The notes: generated from the sequence alone by a model not told the origin. A stretch of DNA of 64,000 nucleotides from Octopus vulgaris (GCA_951406725.2 OX597816.1:16926001-16990000), one strand, 5' to 3'. Positions 22,621-36,300 are shown, counted from the first letter of the stretch. Numbers and translations: made by a program.

Positions 22621-25207
22621 GTATAACAGGTCCCCATAATAATCATCCCTACATCACACTTCTATCTACTGGATTATTCTGTTGTTGTAGTTAATGAAAT
22701 CAGGATCCATTACTAAATTCATCACCCTTCTGTTCTGTCAGTCATCACTCTCACCCCTCTTAGTCACATCCTACTGTTCTCCATCTTTCACTATTACCAT
22801 TGTTACCACCTTTCTTCCAATTGATCACTCACTCCAGTCTATGACCACCACCAACCCTAATTCTAACCCTCACTTATTTCCTTACCGCCCTTTTATCTAA
22901 AATATCTTTTTGGACAGAAAAGGACCTGCCAAACTTGTTTTAAACCTATGATGGGATTTCATCAGCAATTGCATACCCCTTTTCACTGTTTACAGAGACA
23001 TTCTTTATAAATCCATAGTTTCAAAGTTCTTTATATATCCTTTGCTACTTGAGTAAATGTGATAGATCACTCCCCATATATATTCTTGACAGCTGGTTCA
23101 ACTAATAAATTACTGGTGTTTTAAGTGCTTTGTTTTAATACTAAGCAGATGACCCCCTCTTTTTCATGTCTACAAAGAGATTGTATATAAAAATCATGTC
23201 TTTGCCTCCATCTATATAGCCAATAAAAATCTATAGATATATTCTGTAATACAGTATAGCATTTCATTGCATTATATACAAATTTGACTGGATATAAAAT
23301 GGTTACATATTTAATTACATATGAATTGGATGTAAATGTAACTTGTTTGGCATTGAATACACTGGATACAAATCAGAGAATTAAAGACTCCAAACAAAGA
23401 TAAATTAGAAGATAAATTAGAAGTGTATTGAAGTCATAAAAGGAAAACATAAGCAATTCAAAATCAAAGTTATGTCTAATGCAAGAGTTACTCAGTCCTT
23501 AGTATGAAGGAGGTTAGAAACAGCAACAGAAGTAATCATGAATTCACTATTATATCATAAAGAGAATTTTGAATAATATTCTCAGATCAATATTGAGCTA
23601 CTAAAATTCTGCATAGCAACCTTAGATATTATCTTCGTTGTGCATATTGAATATAAAATGCAATGCAGCCATGCAGATTCCTAATTTGTGAATGTTTACT
23701 CAACGGATGTGAAATAAACATAGATTTAAATATATACAATCTGAAAGTAATCAAAGACATGAATACAGATTTAACAATGAGACAGATACGAAATTTACAA
23801 ATGTGTGTTATTTTCCCAAGAGAGAAATGGCAACTGTAGTAAATGTTGGTCATTGGAATTCACATAGTTGAAATTGATACTTTGCAGTAATGAGGAAACA
23901 AGATTTTATCTGTTATATTTAAAGAATCCTACATTTATTTGGAAAAGATTTACCAATCAACATAACAAATTTTTGTTTTATTGAGTTTTAGTGACTTAGT
24001 ATGTTATATGTTTTTATTCCAATGAAACATACAAATAGATATTGCAAAGCAGACAATTCCGAGACATAAATAAGGAGACAGAAAAGCCAGAATGATCATC
24101 TACATACGAGGTAAAGTGAAAACCAAACATTAAGAAAATATCTTAACTAAGCACAATAAAGATTATATGGCTTAGTTCACTAAAATAAACTTTCAATTTA
24201 TTGTTATAAAATATCCAATTGTATTCTTCTTTTCAGAAAACATAACCATATAAAACAATGACCAAACAGTATCTTTATGAGAATCAACCATTAAAATATT
24301 ATGATTAACACTATAAACAGCATTAGAGATATCAATCAATAAATCAATTATTTCCATATATAATATCAATAGCAATCATTAATTCATTCATATATTTGAG
24401 AAGAATGAAATATTTGTGTATTCAGTTATATCATAAATTCACATATATTTATTCATGTTTGGACTACCAAGAAATGTTTTTTCAATGGATTTGTGACTTG
24501 TTTAGATAGGGTTTCAATCAACTTTGAGAGTACTTCTTGATAGGATAATTTATATTACATATGAGCTGAATGGTGTATACCAAAGTTTTAGTTTTTCTAG
24601 ATTAAAAAAAAGTATACTATATCCAAATAAAATCAACAGGTTTATTTAACTAGTAGATACTATAGAAATGAAGCTGGCAAAACATGTTTAATACAGTAGA
24701 ATACATTAACAATTAAAATGGATAACAAATAACTAAAACATAGATCAAATACCTTGCAATATTAATTTTCTTTGTATAAATAAATTTACACTTTCCTAAA
24801 CTTTTGAAACTAAAAATTGTATGTGCACATTATCTATGAAAACTAAATGTTATCCTTTTCTTGCAGTCATGTACAGTCCAGCATAAGTTTTATAAATTAT
24901 TCAAGCAAACTGATATTTAATGAAGAGCTTAGAAAAATATACCTATGTTATAGTGATCTATGATAGCTGTAATACATTAAATGTTCATTGTATTTTGTAT
25001 CTGTATCCATAAGATTGAAGGTTGTTGATTATTTTACTAACATATTGAAATAATTCAAGAGCAAAATACAAATTCAAAACAGAAACAGCTAAAATGACAA
25101 AATGTACATAGTTTCTCTTTATATACTGTTGTAAAGACACTCTTAAAATTTTGTTTCAATAAAACACACAGCTGTTCCATCTGCATTCTCTCTCTCTCTG
25201 TATATAT

Positions 25208-25239
<32 letters not shown>

Positions 25240-25244
25240 TATAT

Positions 25245-25471
25245 TTCTTTACTACCCACAAGGGGCTAAACACTGAGGGGACAAACAAAGACAGACAAAG
25301 GGAATAAGCCGATTACATCGACCCCAGTGTGTAACTGGTACTTAATTTATTGACCCCGAAAGGATGAAAGGCAAAGTCAACCTCGGCGGAATTTGAACTT
25401 GGAACGTAACGACAGACGAAATACGGCTATGCATTTTGCCTGGCATGCTAACATTTCTGCCAGCTCGCCGC
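25245..25471 (-). mobile_element. SINE family B
   Basis: Matches 6028-6255. Confidence 0.9.
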
Positions 25472-25489
25472 CTTTTGAGTTCTTACTAA

Positions 25490-25547
<58 letters not shown>

Positions 25548-25552
<5 letters not shown>

Positions 25553-26788
25553 TAGTAAGTACGAAGGTAAGTAAATCATAAATCTCTTCAGGTAGATGAC
25601 TCAGCTTGATCTGTAGACAAGGTCTAGGTGGAAACTCCATAAGATTCACCTGATGTAAGCTTTAGATACATAAAAGCTGCAGCAATATCAGAGGAAGGTT
25701 AACAAGGAAAATAGCTTTTGTATATGGAAGATGCACAAGTACAATAAACACTGAAAATGTACAGAAAATAGCCTCTATCAACTGGAAGGGGCGTGAGCTA
25801 GAAGTAGGAGATAGCTTCCGTTATCTAGTTGACAAAGTAAGTAGCAGAGGTGGATGCTCTGAGAGCATAGATTTGAGAATAAGATTATGCTGGGCAAAGT
25901 TCAGAGAGCTCCCACCTCTACTGGCAACAAAGGGCTGCTCTCTCAGAGTGAAAGACAGATTGTATGATGCCTGTGTGCAAACAGCTATGCTACATAGCAG
26001 TGAAACATGGGCTGAGACAGCTGAGGACATGCGTAGGTTTGAAAGAAACGAAGCTGGCTTGCTTGACTGGATGTGCAATGTTAGTGAGCATGTTCAACAG
26101 AGTGTAAGCATCTTGAGAGAAAAGTTAGGCATAAGAGTCATCAGATGTGGTGTGCAAGAGAGATGACTGCATTGGTATGATCATATGGTGCATATGGATG
26201 AGGACAGCTGTGTAAAGAAGTGCCGGTCTCTAATTGTGAAGGAAACCTGTGGTAGACCCAGGAAGACATGGGATGAGGTATTGAAGCATAATCTTCAAAC
26301 TTTAGTCTTCACAGAGGCAATGACCAGTGACTGAGACCTTTGGCGATATGCTGTGCTTGAGAAGACCCATCAAGCCAAGTGAAATTGCAATCGTGGCTGA
26401 TGCTGGTGTCATGTAACTGGCATGTAAAGAGTATTTTCGGAGCGTTGGACCTCATGGAGGCAAAGTGGCTGAGCTCCTTTTGAGTGTTGGGCCTCATGGA
26501 GGCAACAACCAAGACCTTTGGCATTATGTTGCACTTGAGAAGAAGACCCATCAAGCCAAGCAAAATCACAGTCATAGCAGATACTGGTATCATGCAAATT
26601 GCACCCATGCCAGTGGCACATAAAAGCATCCATTACACTCTCAGAGTGGTTGGTGTTAGGAAGAGCATCAAACCATATGAACCATGACAAATCAAACTGA
26701 AGCTTGGTGCAGCCTTCCAGCTTGCCAGCTCTGGTCAAGCTGTCCAACCATGCTGGCATGGATAATTGATATTAAATGATGATGATGT
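25548..26788 (+). mobile_element. 5'-truncated RTE-clade LINE (RT C-terminus, 3'UTR modules, (GAT)n tail)
   Basis: FRYLVD...GGCSESIDLRIRLCWAKFRELPPLLATKGCSLRVKDRLYDACVQTAMLHSSETWA...GRPRKTWDE, then the same tail as the dispersed (CAT)n elements. Confidence 0.9.
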
Positions 26789-26789
26789 A

Positions 26790-27070
26790 TGAAGCCGGCA
26801 TGTTGCGTTGGATGTGCAATGTCAGTGTGCTTGAGTGACAGCGTAAGTGTTTTGAGGAAAAAACTAGGTATAAGAAGCATCAGATGCGGTGTGCAAGAGA
26901 GATGAATGTGCTGGTTTGGTCATGTGATACATATGGATAAGAAGTGCTGATCTCTAACTGTGGAGGGAACCTGTGAAAAAGGTAGATTCAGGAAGACATG
27001 GGACAAGGTGATGAAGCATGATCTTTGAATGTTGGGCCTCAGGGAGGCAATGACAAGTGACTAAGACATT
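26790..27070 (+). mobile_element. Second RTE RT C-terminal fragment directly downstream
   Basis: Homologous to ~26050-26340 (tggatgtgcaatg...ggtgtgcaagagagatga...caggaagacatggga). Confidence 0.8.
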
Positions 27071-27074
27071 TGAA

Positions 27075-27598
27075 TATAACAAAGAATTTAGTAAAATAAC
27101 TTAGTTACCATTAAGCTAGCATTAGGAACATAAATTGTGACTAAGGATTGGAAGAAGATTTTAATTCAAAACTTATAAAAACAAGACGTCCCACTGCATG
27201 GTATCTTGGGCAAGTGTCTTCTGCTATAGCCCCGGGCCGACCAATGCCTTGTGAGTGGATTTGGTAGACAGAAACTGAAAGAAGCCTGTCGTATATATGT
27301 ATATATATATGTATGCGTGTGTGTGTTTGTGTGTCTGTGTTTGTCCCCCTGGCATTGCTTGACAACCGATTCTGGTGTATTTGCTTCCCCGTCACTTAGC
27401 GGTTCGGCAAAGGAGACCGATGGAATAGGTACCGGGCTTCCAAAGAATAAGTCTCGGGGTTGATTTGCTCAACTAAAGGCGGTGCTCCAGCATGGCCGCA
27501 GTCAAATGACTGAAACAAGTAAAAGAGTAAAAGAGTAAAGAGTATATGTACTACAGAGCCAGAGGTGGTTTCAGCCAGGTTGGTATTGAAAGGGTTAA
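27075..27598. mobile_element. piggyBac-like MITE fragment interrupted by a 5'-truncated SINE A (27189-27543)
   Basis: Ends aaagggTTAA; related decayed copy at 45425-45648. Confidence 0.55.
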
Positions 27599-27720
27599 AA
27601 AATGTTAAATACACATGGTATGCAAATTAGTAGATCCACTTCTCTGTAGTTACTAGATTCGTTGAGTAGGTAAATAGATTGGCTGCTTATTTCTAGGATA
27701 GGTCAGAGAATGGCATAAAA

Positions 27721-27761
27721 CCTCTGATGAGAACCAAATGAGGTTCAAAAATTGATTAAGG
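27721..27761 (+). ncRNA. Minimal type I hammerhead motif (G12A-decayed)
   Basis: cct-CTGATGA-GAACC-aaatga-GGTTC-AAAA-attgatta-agg. Confidence 0.6.
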
Positions 27762-27780
27762 CTGTTCTTCATTCTTTTGA

Positions 27781-27970
27781 TCATCATCATCATCATCGTT
27801 TAACGTCTGTTTTCCGCGCTAGCACGGGTTGGACGGTTCGACTGGGGTCTGGGAAGCCAGGAGGCTGCACCAGGCTCCAGTCTGATCTGGCAGTGTTTCT
27901 ACAGCTGGATGCCCTTCCTAACGCCAACCACTCCGCGAGTGTAGTGGGTGCTTTTTACGTGCCACCTGCA
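27781..27970 (-). mobile_element. RTE-LINE tail
   Basis: Recurrent tail family. Confidence 0.85.
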
Positions 27971-28014
27971 CTAAATGGTTAAATTTGCCCTGCTTATATA
28001 TATCTATTGCATAG

Positions 28015-28058
<44 letters not shown>

Positions 28059-28984
28059 TTTATATATAATCATTATGAAACATTTTTAAGTTTAAAAATA
28101 TTTCTAGATCCTAAATGTCTGGCATTCAAAACAAACAACTTCAAAGTCTTTTAATTATGAAAGTAGAGATGTTTTTTAAAAATTCCTCCTTGAAATATTT
28201 GTTCTCTTGCGACAACAAGTAATCAAAGTAAATAAATCATTTGAAGTAGGTTATTGTTATAGAATATTGTTGTCATTTCTCAAAATTATCATTAAATCCT
28301 TTAGTTAACATGGTAGGTTAGCCTTGTTGAGAAGAAGACATTTTATTTATTTTTAAAAATATCAATGATTATAAAAAGTAGATAAAAATAGAATTATTCA
28401 TTTGAAAGTCTTTAAAACTTTAATTTTCTAATGGAGGTGTGTATGTGTCCTGTAATAGGAGTTAAACAAGATCAAAACCGGCCTCCTCCTCCTCATCATC
28501 ATCATCATCATCGTCGTCATCATTGTTGTCGTCATTATCATCATCATCATCATCATCATCACCATTATCATCACTATTTTAATGTCCACTTTTTCATGCT
28601 CGTATGAGTTGGATAGAGTTTTGTTGAGGCAGATTCCTTATAGCAGGATACTCTTCCTGTCACCAAACCTCAGCAGTTTCCAAGTAAGGTAATGAATATA
28701 TTTCCCCATGACAAGACATGTTAACCTTGGAACATTGGGAGTAAAGGACACCATTTACATACTGTAAACTACCATGTGGTGTCAAGGCAAGGACACCATA
28801 ACACACATATGCAAACATATTATACATGTGTGTATGACAGACATTTTTCAACTTCCAATATCCATCTGCCAAATCCACTCACAAAGCTTCCGTTGGCTCA
28901 GGGCTATAGTAGAAGAGACTTGTCCAAGATGCCATGCAGTGTGATTGAACTTCATAGCACACAGCTACATTTGCATCTATTATA

Positions 28985-29206
28985 CAATAATCCTTCACCA
29001 TATCATGGTTTGCCTATCGCGGTTTATCATTTAAGCTTACGTCAATTCCTCCATGGTATTGTTTTGCATTTATGATAAAGTAAATATATACAAATTATAA
29101 AACTAAGTTAAAAAATATACAATACAGTACTGTTTCTACTTAGTGGATTTTCACCAATCGTGGGGGGTTTTGGAATGTAGCATATGCGATAGTTGAGGGA
29201 CTACTG
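28985..29206. mobile_element. Tc1/pogo (Tigger-like) MITE with TA TSD
   Basis: ta|caataatccttca ... tgagggactactg|ta imperfect TIRs; the same right end recurs at 30271-30287. Confidence 0.65.
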
Positions 29207-29240
29207 TATATATATATATATATATGTATGTATGTACATA

Positions 29241-29451
29241 TGGTTTCAAATTTTGGCACAAGGCCAGCAATTCCAGGGAGGGGGAATGTTGATTACATCA
29301 ACCACAGTGCACAGCTGGTAACTATTTTATTGACACCAAAAGGATGAAAGGCAAAATGAATGTCGATAGAATTTGAACTCAGAACATAAAAATGGATAAA
29401 ATGCTGCTAAGTAATTTGTCTACTGTGCTAATGATTCTGCCAGCCCACCAT
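29241..29451 (-). mobile_element. Decayed SINE family B subfamily
   Basis: aggatgaaaggcaaa...atttgaactcagaac core. Confidence 0.7.
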
Positions 29452-29728
29452 CTTATATATATATATTATTGACATTATTAGAATTCTATAAACTTTCAAG
29501 AGAATGTGAAATAATTCCTTTTTGAAATAATAGCTATCAAAGCACATCACATACAGCTATAAAAAATAACAAGTGAATAATGGATTCAGAATCCCTTTGG
29601 AACAGAAAAAAATCAAAGCCTCCAAATTTTTCTACCCAAAAGTGTTTTTCAACCCAATATATACATGCTATTATTAATAGCTGCATGTGGTGTGCTTTGA
29701 GAATCATTATTTAAAATATATATATATA

Positions 29729-30110
29729 TCGTCATCATCATCATCGTTTAGCGTCCGTTTTCCATGCTAGCATGGGTTGGACGGTTCTACTGGGGTCTGT
29801 GAAGCCAGAAGGCTTCATCAGGCCCAGTCAAATCTGGCAGTGTTTCTACGGCTGGATGCCCTTCCTAACGCCAACCACTCCGTGAGTGTAGTGGGTGCTT
29901 TTTACGTGCCACCCGCACTGGTGCCAGACAGAGCTGGCAAACGGCCACGAACGGATGGTGCTTTTTATGTGCCACCGGCACGAGGGCCAGGCGAGGCTGG
30001 CAATGGACACGAAATGGGGCAGTGCTGGCAACGGTCGCGAAACGGAAAGTTCTCTTACATGCCACCGGCACTGGTAACACATCTGCAATTTCCATTGATC
30101 GATTTCCATT
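29729..30110 (-). mobile_element. RTE-LINE tail with ~3 modules
   Basis: Recurrent tail family. Confidence 0.85.
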
Positions 30111-30724
30111 GATCATATATATATACAGCTGTAAGATGTAGTCTATATTTATATTTATGTGTACTTATATTTATTTTCTCTTATACGTATTCTACTTATT
30201 GTATAACATTACTCTTTTATGTACACTCCTTCATGTACACTGTTTTACCCTACATTATTATGTTTAACCTTAGTTGAGGGACTACTGTATATATATATGT
30301 GGTGGTTTAATAAAGTATGTGATTGAGTATTATCTGGTAATTGATATTTGATTTCGATGTATTTCTCCATTTTCTTATTTTGTATATATAAATATATATA
30401 TTTAAGATGTAATGATGTATAACACTGAATCTCAGATGTTTAAAACTGAGGAATCTGAAGACAATTTGTGAAAAATGTTTTAAATGCTGGTGAATAGTGT
30501 GTAATTTCACCTATTTTGCAGTATTATTTCTGTAATTCAAGGAAGTCATTTCCCATTATTCACTTTTGATTATACAGCCTTCTTCAAAAATTACCCAAAA
30601 GGAAAAAAAAAATCAATTTTAGACACAAGATATATCTTTTGGGGATTTCACTGTCCTAAAGTGTAATTGTCATTATACATAAGTGCAGCATGAAAAAAAT
30701 TTTCAAATGAAATATGAATATATA

Positions 30725-30890
30725 GGCGTAGGAGTGGCTGTGTGGTAAGTAGCTTGCTTACCAACCACATGGTTCCAGGTTCAGTCCCACGGCGTGGCAC
30801 CTTGGGCAAGTGTCTTCTACTATAGCCTCGGGCCGACCAAAGCCTTGTGAGTGGATTTGGTAGATGGAAACTGAAATGAGACCCGTTGTA

Positions 30891-30935
<45 letters not shown>

Positions 30936-31148
30936 TGTGTGTCTGTGTTTGTCCCCCTAGCATTGCTTGACAACCGATGCTGGTGTGTTTACGTCCCCAT
31001 AACTTAGTGGTTCGGCACAAGAGACCAATAGAATAAGTACTAGGCTTACAAAGAATAAGTCCTGGGGTCGATTTGCTCGACTAAAAGGTGGTGCTCCAGC
31101 ATGGCCACAGTCAAATGAAGGAAACAAGTAAAGAGAGAAAGAGAAAGA
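30725..31148 (+). mobile_element. SINE family A, full length
   Basis: As above. Confidence 0.9.
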
Positions 31149-31592
31149 AATAAGAATACAATATTTAGTTTTGTTTCTCTATACTTAGAGCTGGAATCCT
31201 TCCTGGGTTGGCTTTGGTCTTTATGCAGTATGAAATACATACTAGCATGTACCTTTTAGTATGTTTTTTTTAACAATGTATTAATTAAGTCAACCTGTAC
31301 ACACTGGGTGATCCAATTGACTGTATCCATCACCTACACATTTCCAGCATTGTGGTAATTATTTTAACAATTGTAGAAAAAAAATGTCTTGTGACCTCAT
31401 AATATCTTTTGGTTCCAATAAAATATTAAAAATATGTATTTGCTAACTGTAGGAAAAGACAAAAATTCATGCAACAGTAATTTTATTTTCCAAACAACTT
31501 TTTGGAACATTACAGCAATAATTTTTAAAATATTTGACATAACTATATTACATTGCTCTATATAAATTATGTGTCTATCTACCAATCAATCT

Positions 31593-31991
31593 GTGTGTGT
31601 GAGTGTGTGCTTAGGTGTGTGTGTGTGTGAGTGTGTGCTTAGGTGTGTGTGTGAGTGTGTGCTTAGGTGAGTGTGTGAGTGTGTGTGAGTGTGTGCTTAG
31701 GTGTGTGTGTGAGTGTGTGCTTAGGTGTGTGTGTGAGTGTGTGCTTAGGTGTGTGTGTGAGTGTGTGCTTAGGTGTGTGTGTGAGTGTGTGCTTAGGTGT
31801 GTGAGTGTGTGCTTAGGTGTGTGAGTGTGTGTGAGTGTGTGCTTAGGTGTGTGTGAGAGTGTGTGAGTGTGTGAGTGTGTGTGTGTGTGAGTGTGTGCTT
31901 AGGTGTGTGTGTATGTGAGTGTGTGCTTAGGTGTGTGTGCTTAGGTGTGTGTGTGAGTGTGTGTGTGAGTGTGTGCTTAGGTGTGTGTGTG
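31593..31991. repeat. (TG)n-derived minisatellite, core unit 24 bp gcttaggtgtgtgtgtgagtgtgt
   Basis: About 14 CTTAGG interruptions, 24-bp periodic at 31696-31792. Confidence 0.9.
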
Positions 31992-32305
31992 TTGAGAAAG
32001 AGACAGAAGGCAAACAGACAGAGATAAAGATGGAGAGACAGACAGATACAGTAAAAGCTTATTTCTCTGCAAACAGCATAATTTGTCCTCAGCTGTTTTG
32101 AAAGCCAAGCAAGCAGTATATATTTCTGAATCACTGACCAAGTGGAGTAAAGTTACAATGTACCGGATGATTTCATATATCTTAATAAAACCAAAAATTA
32201 ACACAGTCCAGGCATAAGCAAAAAGTATATATTAGACTACCATTTAAAATATTGACTTTAAAATATTAAAACTGTGAACCTGTGATATATACACATCACA
32301 GATAT

Positions 32306-32902
32306 ACTTTTACTTGTTTCAGTCATTGGATTACAGCCATGCTGGAGCACCATCTTGAAGGGTTTAGTTAAATAAATCAACCCAACTGCTTACTTTCTTA
32401 AGCCAAGTACTGGTACTTATTCTATCAGTCTTGTTTGCTAAGCTACTAAGTTACAGTTACTTAAACAAACCAACTATGGTTATCAAGTAGTGGTCGTGGG
32501 ACAAATACAAACAGACACATACATAGATCACCATCATCATCGTTTAACGTCCGTTCTCCATGCTAGCATGGGCTGGACGGTTCGACCGGGGATCTAGGAA
32601 GCCAGAAGGCTGCACCAGGCTCCAGTCTTATCTGGCAATGTTTCTACAGCTGGATGCCCTTCCTAACACCAACCACTCTGTGAGTGTAGTGGGTGCTTTT
32701 TACATGCCACCTGCACAGTAGATATATACATATATAAATGCAACAGGCTTCTTTCAATCTCCATCTACCAAATCTTCTTGCAAGGCTTTGGTCAGCCAAG
32801 GGCCATAATAGAAAGCACTTGTCCAAGGTGCCACTCAGTGGAACTGAACCTGGAACCATGTAGTTTCAGAAGCAAATGTCTCACCACACAGCCGTGCTTG
32901 CA
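32306..32902 (-). mobile_element. Older SINE A with nested RTE tail (32528-32716)
   Basis: SINE halves flank a (CAT)n tail inserted in the internal microsatellite. Confidence 0.8.
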
Positions 32903-33529
32903 TAATATGTTCATGAAAATGCAGACAAATAAACATTTTTCAAAGAAGTTTTATGATCATTAAAAACTTTCTAGAAACTATAACAAAAGGGTTAAACAAC
33001 AAAAGTGTAAGAAAGTTATATTTCATACTTAAAACACAGACACATTTTTTTTTTAATCATTAAAATATCTCTATTTAATTTGTAAAAAAGTTATTGGAAT
33101 ATTTTCTGCTTCAACAAAATTTAATACCCACAGATGTTTTCAGTAGTAAATATTTCTCTACAACCAAAACTAGTTATGGAGCAATTTGATTGGTATTATT
33201 AAGTTTAAATAGTCTGTACAAATTATAACTGTTTTCACATAGTCACTACATTTACTCACAATATTACCTATTTTCTTTTTATAATGAAGCTTATGTATAT
33301 ATATCTATATATGTAACTGAAACACTGTCCACTCTTCCTCTTGCTATTACAGCCTCACTAAGTAACTCAAAGCTTTCACTGCTTCTTAAACCAAAGACCT
33401 GTCTGAGAGAGAGGGAGGGGGGAGAGAGAGAGAAAGAGAGGGGAGAGAGAGAGAAAGATAGTTGTTTTCTGACTGATGACAGTACCATCTAGTTGACCTA
33501 CTGTATTGATACCTAACAATACTGTTTTC

Positions 33530-33998
33530 TCTGTCAGAGGCAATGACAGGAGACTGAGACCTTTGGAGATATTCATGTGATTGAGAAGACCCAGCAAGTA
33601 AAGTGAGATCACAGCCATGGGTGATGCCAGTGTTGCATGTCTGGCACATTTAAAAGTAGACTTGATGTGTCAGGCGATATGTTATGCTTGAGAAGACCTG
33701 GTGAGTCAAGTAAAACCAAAATCATAGCTGTGGCCAGTACCCCCGACTGGCTCCTGTGCTGGTGGCATGTGAAAAACACTATGTGAACGTGATCAATGCT
33801 GGGCCTGTCTGACTGGCTCCTGTGCCGGTGGCACATAAAAACCACCCACTACACTCTCAGGGAGGTTGGCATTAGGAAGGGCATCCAGCTGTAGAAACAT
33901 TGCCAGATCAGATCAGAAAGCCACTGGCTTTCCAGACCTCAGTCAAACCGTCCAACCCATGCCAACATGGAAAACGGACATTAACTGATGATGATGAT
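33530..33998 (+). mobile_element. RTE LINE ORF end + 3'UTR + tail
   Basis: gaggcaatgac...gacctttgg...ttgagaagacc matches 26310-26370. Confidence 0.85.
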
Positions 33999-34661
33999 GT
34001 GGGATAACATCAATGAACATCAGAAGGTTTCAGTTTTCATAACAGTTGCTTGACTTGCTGGGAATAGCAACCAAACCTTTCCCAAATTACACTCTTTCAA
34101 GTTATATGAAGAGTATATCTTATACATTTGATATGTTCATTTATTTCATTTATGTTTCTTTATTCTTTTGTTTTCTTTCATTCATTCTATTTCGTAGCCA
34201 GTAATTTGTATTTGTAGTTGATTGTGCATTTGTTTTAACAATGACATGCTAACGGTATAATAAGAACATCTTCAACAAGAGGTTGAAATAAAGATTTTTT
34301 TCAGTAAATGAATGATTTTGTACATAGACCTGAAGAGTCAATATTTCCCAGTACTGCTGGGATAAAACTGATTCTGTGTATTATTTCATATATGATATAA
34401 TGATATGCCAGCAATAAACTTCTGGTAAAGAATCAATGAAACAATTACAGAGTTATGCAATAAAATGAGTTGCTCACTTCATCTTCCTTGTTAATGTTTG
34501 CATAAACTCCATGGATGTTTACAAGTTTTCAGATATAGCATCAGCAAAGCAATCTATTTTTGTTGGATAATAGTATTTGACAACTGATACCCATAGATAG
34601 ACTTTATAAAGAAAACTCCAGGGTTAAAACCCAAATGGATTTTAATATACATACATCTTAA

Positions 34662-34866
34662 GGCTGCGAGCTGGCAGAAACGCCAGGCAAAATGCTTAGT
34701 GGTATTTCATCTGTCTTTACGTTCTGAGTTCAAATTCTGCCGAGGCCAACTTTGCCTTTCATCCTTTCGAGGTCAATAAATTAAGTACCAGTTGTGTAGT
34801 AGGGTCGATCTAATTGACTGGCCCCTCCCCAAAAATTTCAGGCCTTGTGCCTAGAGTAGAAAAGAA
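34662..34866 (+). mobile_element. SINE family B subfamily
   Basis: Head ggctgcgagctggcagaa and Meta-like core. Confidence 0.85.
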
Positions 34867-35929
34867 TATACATACATCTCTCTCTCTTTCTACACACACA
34901 CACATACACACATTCACAAAAGACATATACTCTGGGAGAAAAATGCCTAGAAAGCAGTGTTTCTCCTAGTTTAGATGATAAGCATGAGTTTTTTTGTAGA
35001 CTAGTGATGACTTTATCTGATCTCTGGGTAATATAAAGTATTTTTAGAGGCCAAGTGATATGACTTTTTTTATGTCTCTCCAAAGAAAGAGAGACAAGTG
35101 ACCAAAATAGCAAGCTTCGTATCATCATCAAAGCATGAAGCATATTCCACTGTTTCAACTATTTGTATTACTTACAGTCACTTTAATCTAAAAACTGGAA
35201 TTTCCCATAAGCTGGTGTAGCATAACAGGTTATGACAATTATTAACTTGACATTAGCTAATCTAGCTTTTATCAAGTACCGAAAAGCTAACTAAATACCA
35301 AAAATAATTAATTAAAATGTAATTTATCAAGTCATTATCTCTGAACTAAATGAATATTGGATTTTCTTTTAAAAAACATCTTTGATAAAATAGAACAGCA
35401 ATGTAGAAATTAAGCAATTAAATATCCGAAAATCACAATATTAAATTTGGAACAAATCAGTAATTGATTTATTTTTTTAAGAAAAAAAACAGGTGACAAA
35501 TTATCAAAATCGGAAAGTAATGAAAACAAATTGCAAACTGACTTGATACAAAGTTAAGGCCATTAGTACATTTTTAAAAAAATGTTTTACAAAATGAAAA
35601 GTTCTAAATATGATATGATTATAAAAAGAATGTGAAAATATAAAATTATACAATGCTTAGGGTAACTGATTCAAGGCATACTGTTTATTACAAACCTCAA
35701 ACTTAATTTTATTGCAATGGAAATTGGCATGCAAATCATGTCTTAAAATATCCTATACAGATCAATACTTTTGCTATATTTACTATTTAAACCTCTGTAC
35801 AAAGAAAATAGGGTGAACAGAAAAAGTAGATGAAACTTCCTTCAACCGAATAAATGTAACAATATTTGCAGCATATCCTACACCACAGTATGTAAAGGTG
35901 CTTTGAAGCCATCTTTTCTGCCCACTATT

Positions 35930-36300
35930 CCAAGGAGGTTTCATAGAGTAGAGTCCTCCACAGAGGCCTGTCAGAAGCAACTATCATTACATTTTCTGAC
36001 GGAATTCCCAAATTTGACCAAATGAGATTATAGATATTATTTAACAATCTCATGTTTAATCTACCCCTAGGTCACCCACCAGTTGGCTTAGCTTGAATAA
36101 TCCACCTTGTGTTTCTTCCTTGTGATATTCTAATCACATATCCATAAAACCAGAGCTGTGATCTCCAAGCTATGCACCCTGTCATGTAATTTTATTCTAG
36201 AGATGCTTTGGAGGAATCCATTTCAGCTGCTTGTATTTACAATTGTGGTCTTTTGGTCATTACTCAACATTCATGACCATATGTAAAAATATGGTATGGA
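35930..36300 (-). mobile_element. Rex3/Expander-like RTE LINE relic
   Basis: TYGHEC*VMTKRPQL*IQAAEM..., QLWFYGYVIRI, PTGG*PRGR, WSNLGIPSENVMIVASDRPLWRTLL. Confidence 0.75.

Noticed and set aside
31593-31991. Interstitial telomere
   Set aside because: TTAGG occurs singly every ~24 bp within TG repeats, not as tandem telomeric units.
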